DNA of 39,650 nucleotides from a virus: IMG/VR virus record IMGVR_UViG_3300045988_050603, positions 1 to 39,650 of that record; one strand, 5' to 3'. Shown piece by piece: positions 35,945 to 39,650 of this stretch (position 1 is its first letter; each line of letters starts with the position of its first letter). The notes under the pieces were generated by a model. It saw only the letters and a program-made list of their open reading frames with translations, ran no database searches and was not told where the DNA came from. The position numbers and the translations under genes were made by a program.

Positions 35945-36154
35945 ATGAAAAACTATCAGGTATTTTACTGGATCAAGAAAAACCGCCACGAATATTTGGA
36001 GCATATGTTTGTTAGTGCAAATAGCGCCAAGGAAGCATGCCGGATCTGCAAGGAACAGGTACTGGAGCAAACAGGTCGGAACGCCTTCCGTCCCACTACA
36101 AAAGCCCCAGACTTGGAACAGTACAAAAACCTTCCTAATTTTATCGTAGACTAA
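35945..36154 (+). CDS. Early hypothetical protein (69 aa)
   Basis: GAAAGGAAATTGAA RBS. First gene of the early operon. Confidence 0.5.
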   Translation: MKNYQVFYWIKKNRHEYLEHMFVSANSAKEACRICKEQVLEQTGRNAFRPTTKAPDLEQYKNLPNFIVD

Positions 36155-36202
36155 CAAATTGTGCCGAAGGGCGGCTAAACCGCCCAGAAAGGAGAACGAA
36201 CA

Positions 36203-36355
36203 ATGACTATTTGGAGAAAAGACGAAGAAACCGGCTTGACCTGCGGGATCAACGATGCCGGGGATTTGTTCCTTGGAAATGACTATTCTGGCTACAACCT
36301 GCCGGACACGCCTGAAAACCGTGAATACATTCTGAATGATTTTGACCGCTGGTAA
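36203..36355 (+). CDS. Early small hypothetical protein (50 aa)
   Basis: GAAAGGAGAACGAACA-ATG. Shorter than 60 aa, so absent from the ORF track. Confidence 0.4.
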   Translation: MTIWRKDEETGLTCGINDAGDLFLGNDYSGYNLPDTPENREYILNDFDRW

Positions 36356-36373
36356 TTTGAAAGGAGAATGACA

Positions 36374-36673
36374 ATGGGACTTTTTGATTATGAAACCAGA
36401 GATGGACGGATCGACAATGACAACCTTCGCAGCCTTTGTATTGAATACGATTGGTTCACCTGCGGAACAAATAGCCAATACAGCAAGCTGTTTGAAATGA
36501 ACGAACAGGGCGCTGGTATTGAGCAGATCGCAACTGTGATCTGGCTGTGCAGTGATAGCGACATCCCACAAAACTGCCGCCGTGATATTATCCTTGCGCT
36601 GCATGAAGCCGGTTTTACCGAGCGACAGGACAAGAGCGAAGCGGAACATCTGATGGACTGGCTTGAAATTTGA
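36374..36673 (+). CDS. Early hypothetical protein (99 aa)
   Basis: GAAAGGAGAATGACA-ATG. Confidence 0.5.
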   Translation: MGLFDYETRDGRIDNDNLRSLCIEYDWFTCGTNSQYSKLFEMNEQGAGIEQIATVIWLCSDSDIPQNCRRDIILALHEAGFTERQDKSEAEHLMDWLEI

Positions 36674-36685
36674 AGGGGGTGAAGA

Positions 36686-36877
36686 ATGAACTGTCACGGT
36701 TGTAAGTGGCTGGATGAAGTAAAAAGCCAGCCCAAAGGAAGCGGTTACTGCTGCATGGTGGTTAGAAGCAAAACGCAGTCCGATAAAGTACGGCGGCCAA
36801 ACATGGAATGCTGTGAATTATACAAAGCCGGTGACTGGAAAACACGCTGGCAAACGGAAAAAGCCGAAACGGCCTGA
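36686..36877 (+). CDS. Early small Cys-rich protein
   Basis: GGGGGTGAAGA-ATG. 'CHGCKW...CCMVV...CCELY'. Confidence 0.45.
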   Translation: MNCHGCKWLDEVKSQPKGSGYCCMVVRSKTQSDKVRRPNMECCELYKAGDWKTRWQTEKAETA

Positions 36878-36944
36878 AATGGCCGTCTGCCGGGGATGAC
36901 CATCCGGCACTGATGATGGCAGGTCTGAAATGGGGGTGATATTA

Positions 36945-37136
36945 GTGCCGAAAATCAGTTTGAAAGCCGCAAGAGTAAATGCAGGGCTTACACAAGCCGA
37001 ATCTGCCGAAAGAATTGGCGTTAGCGTTAGCACCATCAAAAATTGGGAAGTTGGTAGATCTTTTCCCAACCAGCCTATGATTGAAAAAATTTGTGAAATC
37101 TATGGTGTGTCTTATGATTACATCAAATTTTTTTAA
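36945..37136 (+). CDS. Small XRE-type HTH protein (Cro/Aca-like)
   Basis: 'LTQAESAERIGVSVSTIKNWEVGRSFP' HTH. GTG start after a GGGGGTGA RBS. Confidence 0.55.
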   Translation: MPKISLKAARVNAGLTQAESAERIGVSVSTIKNWEVGRSFPNQPMIEKICEIYGVSYDYIKFF

Positions 37137-37143
37137 CCACAAG

Positions 37144-37158
37144 TTAGCTTAAAGCTAA
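37144..37158. promoter_or_regulatory. Second copy of the TTAGCT-N3-AGCTAA operator palindrome, upstream of gene 37179
   Basis: TTAGCTTAAAGCTAA, read directly. Same site as at 35868. Confidence 0.5.
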
Positions 37159-37178
37159 TTTTGAAAGGAGAAAACACA

Positions 37179-37343
37179 ATGGCAATAAGAGAAGCCAGGC
37201 AGCTTGAAGATGGTGGGATGGAGTACATCACGGATAAAGCCATTGTGCGGATCCATCCCGGAAAACTAACAAAAGAACAAAGAAAGGTGGTTTTGGAAAA
37301 TGCAGCAAAAGATTTCTACAAAGCGATCCAGAAAGCGCAGTGA
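37179..37343 (+). CDS. Small hypothetical protein (54 aa)
   Basis: GAAAGGAGAAAACACA-ATG. Confidence 0.45.
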   Translation: MAIREARQLEDGGMEYITDKAIVRIHPGKLTKEQRKVVLENAAKDFYKAIQKAQ

Positions 37344-37433
37344 AACTGTTGAAACGATCAAAGACATTCTTGTTTGCACCTTTGGGATGCTGTCGCTGTT
37401 CTGCTTCATTTTCTTCATATTGGTGGTGGCACC

Positions 37434-37646
37434 ATGTTAGAACGAATACCGGATGCCCTTGACCAATGGGATAAGTACGATGCAGAGCAATGCCGGCTGA
37501 TGGATCAGTTGCCGGAATGTGCAGACTGCGGACAACCTATCCAGGATGAAACAGCCTTCTACATAAACGGTGAATTCATCTGCGAAAACTGTATGGAAGC
37601 ATACCGAGTAAATATAGGAGATTACATAGATGGCGAGTTTATATGA
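37434..37646 (+). CDS. Small zinc-ribbon protein
   Basis: 'CADCGQP...CENC'. Confidence 0.45.
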   Translation: MLERIPDALDQWDKYDAEQCRLMDQLPECADCGQPIQDETAFYINGEFICENCMEAYRVNIGDYIDGEFI

Positions 37647-38097
37647 GATTGACAAAAGCATCCTGGAATGCATAGACCAGGAAACCGGCGAAATGATTGA
37701 TCCTGACCGGCTTGAAACCCTGTTCATGGAAAGAAATCAGAAAATTGAAAATGTTGCTCTGTGGATCAAGAATCTTCAGTCTGATGCAATGGCTTTTAAG
37801 GCGGAGAAAGAAGCATTTGCCGCAAGGCAGAAGGCAGCAGAAGCAAAAGTGGAAAGCTTGAAAGCCTGGCTTGAAAATGCGCTGCATGGTGAGAAGTTCA
37901 GTTCGGCCCGGTGTGCAGTGCAGTGGAAGCCTTCCGAATCGGTAATGATCACCAATGAAGCAATTCTGCCGAAGAAGTACCTGGCAAAAACCATCACATT
38001 CAAGCCGGATAAAAATGCAATCAAGATTGCTATCAGGGCCGGAATGAAGGTAAAGGGTGCGGAATTGGTCAAGACCATGAATCCACAAATTAAATGA
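37630..38097 (+). CDS. Siphovirus Gp157-family protein
   Basis: 'MASLYEIDKSILECIDQETGEMID' N-terminus and about 155 aa fit Sipho_Gp157. Precedes the Sak4-like ATPase gene, as in Sfi21-type replication modules. Confidence 0.5.
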   Translation: MASLYEIDKSILECIDQETGEMIDPDRLETLFMERNQKIENVALWIKNLQSDAMAFKAEKEAFAARQKAAEAKVESLKAWLENALHGEKFSSARCAVQWKPSESVMITNEAILPKKYLAKTITFKPDKNAIKIAIRAGMKVKGAELVKTMNPQIK

Positions 38098-38112
38098 AAG
38101 GAGATTTGAAAA

Positions 38113-38724
38113 ATGGGAATCCCTGTTTTGATTTTGGGGGAATCCGGCAGCGGAAAAAGTGCCAGCCTTCGGAACTTCAACCCCGAAGATGTCAGCATCT
38201 TCAATGTAGCTGCAAAGCCGCTTCCCTTCCGCAAGAAGCTTCCGGTGATGTCAACAGCTGATTATGCAGCCATAGTTGCCGGCATCAACAAAAGCCAAAA
38301 GAAGGCGTTTGTCATTGATGACAGTCAATATCTTCTGTGCTTTGAATCCTTTGCAAAGGCAAAGGAAACTGGCTTCGGCAAGTTTACTGACATAGCGCTG
38401 CACTTCTACAACCTTGTTCAGTTTGTGATCCGGCAGACACCACCTGATGTGATTGTCTACTTCCTGCACCACACGGAAACAGATGGCAATACAGGCAAGG
38501 TCAAGGCAAAGACGATGGGCAAGATGCTGGACAACCAGCTGACACTGGAAGGGCTGTTTTCCATCGTTCTGATGTGCGTGACAGACGGCAAGAAGCACAG
38601 CTTTGTTACTCAAAGCGATGGCTTCACCACAGCAAAAAGCCCTATGGAAATGTTCCCTGAAGTTATCGACAACGATCTGAAGTCCGTGGATCAGACGATC
38701 CGTGAATATTATGAAATGAAGTAA
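38113..38724 (+). CDS. P-loop NTPase (Sak4-like ssDNA-annealing ATPase / phage nucleotide-binding protein)
   Basis: Walker A 'LILGESGSGKS', Walker B 'FVIDDSQYL'. About 200 aa. Confidence 0.6.
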   Translation: MGIPVLILGESGSGKSASLRNFNPEDVSIFNVAAKPLPFRKKLPVMSTADYAAIVAGINKSQKKAFVIDDSQYLLCFESFAKAKETGFGKFTDIALHFYNLVQFVIRQTPPDVIVYFLHHTETDGNTGKVKAKTMGKMLDNQLTLEGLFSIVLMCVTDGKKHSFVTQSDGFTTAKSPMEMFPEVIDNDLKSVDQTIREYYEMK

Positions 38725-38737
38725 AGGAGACAAGACC

Positions 38738-39346
38738 ATGATCAATAGACCTAATAACTGGAACGAAGTAAAGGAATTCGCTGACTATCCCAAGCTGCCG
38801 CTTGGTGCTTATGTCTGCAAGGTGAAGAAAGCTGTTGTGCAGCCAACCGACTACGGCGATCAGCTGTGCATCCTGTTCGACATTTGCGAAGGTGATTTCC
38901 GCAATTTCTATGACAATGAATTCAAGGCGAACACCAAAGAGGATAAGAAGTGGAAGGGCGTTCTGCGCCAGTGGCTGCCCAAGGATGATGGATCTGAAAA
39001 GGACGAATGGACGAAAAGCAGCTTGAAGGGTATGACTTCTGCCTTTGAGAAGTCCAATCCAGGCTATCAGTGGAATTGGAATGAAACTTCCCTTGTTGGC
39101 AAGGTAATCGGGATCATCTTCCGCAATGAGGAATGGGACTACAACGGCAAGCATGGCTGGGCTGTCCGTCCTTTCCGGGCTTGTGATGCCGAATTGGTCA
39201 GATCCAATGAATACACGCTGCCGGCAGACAAGCCCTTGAAGGCAAAGGCTGCTGCATCTGATTCCTTCGGATCTTATGGCATCTATGCTGCACCGAACGA
39301 TTTTGAAGTGATTTCGGAACCGGGCGATAATGACCTTCACTTCTAA
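38738..39346 (+). CDS. DUF669-family protein (Sak4-associated, putative ssDNA-binding)
   Basis: 'DYPKLPLGAYVCKVKKAVVQPTDYGDQLCILFDICEGDFRNFY' matches the DUF669 pattern. Gene order Sak4 then DUF669. Confidence 0.5.
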   Translation: MINRPNNWNEVKEFADYPKLPLGAYVCKVKKAVVQPTDYGDQLCILFDICEGDFRNFYDNEFKANTKEDKKWKGVLRQWLPKDDGSEKDEWTKSSLKGMTSAFEKSNPGYQWNWNETSLVGKVIGIIFRNEEWDYNGKHGWAVRPFRACDAELVRSNEYTLPADKPLKAKAAASDSFGSYGIYAAPNDFEVISEPGDNDLHF

Positions 39347-39406
39347 TTAAGTTGAAATAATCATGTTTCCCTGTTGGTAGGTGGTAGACCATCGGAAAGG
39401 ATAACA

Positions 39407-39650
39407 ATGAAAATCGACAAGTTTTGGAAGACGCTAAAGCGGATTTCTAATGGGGATTATGTTCTGGAAGGCGATTTGATTTCTGAAGAAACCATTGAAA
39501 TTGATCTTGATGATCGTTTTGTCATAAAAGGCAAAATAGAATCCAAGAAAAGCATCATTGTCCGCTGTGGCATCAATGCTGGCGAGGGCATCAAGGCTGG
39601 CTTGGGCATCAAGGCTGGCTTGGGCATCAATGCTGGCTGGGGCATCAATG
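39407..39650 (+). CDS. N-terminal part of the hexapeptide-repeat protein (continues at window start)
   Basis: GGAAAGG RBS, ATG 39407. 'MKIDKFWKTLKRISNGDYVLEGDLISEETIEIDLDDRFVIKGKIESKKSIIVRCGINAGEGIKAGLGIKAGLGINAGWGIN', then runs into the same 18-bp repeat seen at 1..250. Confidence 0.6.
   Translation, partial: MKIDKFWKTLKRISNGDYVLEGDLISEETIEIDLDDRFVIKGKIESKKSIIVRCGINAGEGIKAGLGIKAGLGINAGWGIN

Larger units (their letters stand above)
1..39650. mobile_element. Complete temperate siphovirus-like phage genome, circularly permuted in this window
   Basis: Full set of replication, packaging, head, tail, lysis and lysogeny (serine integrase, CI-like repressor) modules. The first and last ORFs are two halves of the same repeat gene. 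Confidence 0.75.

Noticed and set aside
1-39650. tRNA, rRNA or other structured RNA genes
   Set aside because: No cloverleaf-compatible segments or rRNA-like stretches were noticed. Intergenic space is minimal except at the switch and integrase regions, which are better explained by operators and att/terminator structures.

Overview
The window reads as a complete, circularly permuted genome of a temperate siphovirus-like phage of roughly 39.6 kb with a Firmicutes-like signature. Supporting this: G+C is about 45-50 %; ribosome-binding sites are of the AGGAGG/GGTGG type; coding is dense on the + strand, with ATGA-type overlaps between stop and start codons; and the two window ends are the N- and C-terminal parts of one hexapeptide-repeat gene.

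Gene order on the + strand, except where marked: early promoter with operators (35828) -> small early genes plus an XRE-type helix-turn-helix (HTH) gene -> Gp157-family protein -> Sak4-like P-loop ATPase -> DUF669 -> a 'GINAGx' hexapeptide-repeat protein that wraps across the window ends -> DUF1064 -> dUTPase -> DnaD-like replisome organizer -> G39P-like helicase loader -> small genes -> ArpU/sigma-like late regulator -> terminase small and large subunits -> portal -> SPP1-gp7/Mu-F minor head protein carrying a C-terminal ADP-ribosyltransferase (R / S-T / Q-x-E motifs) -> an inserted block [sigma-70 consensus promoter with operator -> AbrB/MazE-like protein -> ADP-ribosylglycohydrolase -> terminator -> holin -> amidase/SPOR endolysin -> terminator] -> scaffold -> major capsid -> connectors -> major tail protein -> tail assembly chaperone with a putative -1 frameshift -> two tandem paralogous tape-measure genes -> two sets of Dit-like/Tal-like tail-tip genes -> CBM5/12-like protein -> receptor-binding fibre -> small membrane protein -> (minus strand) unknown gene, small SHOCT-like ORF, large serine recombinase with an adjacent 16-bp inverted repeat (attP candidate), membrane-anchored HTH protein, CI-like repressor, second XRE repressor.

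The most interesting item is the pairing of an ADP-ribosyltransferase that is probably carried in the virion with a separately promoted ADP-ribosylglycohydrolase. Other notable points are the in-frame 18-bp tandem-repeat gene, lysis genes sitting inside the head module, the twin tape-measure genes, and nested palindromic operators. All functional calls are from motif recognition by eye; no database search was possible.
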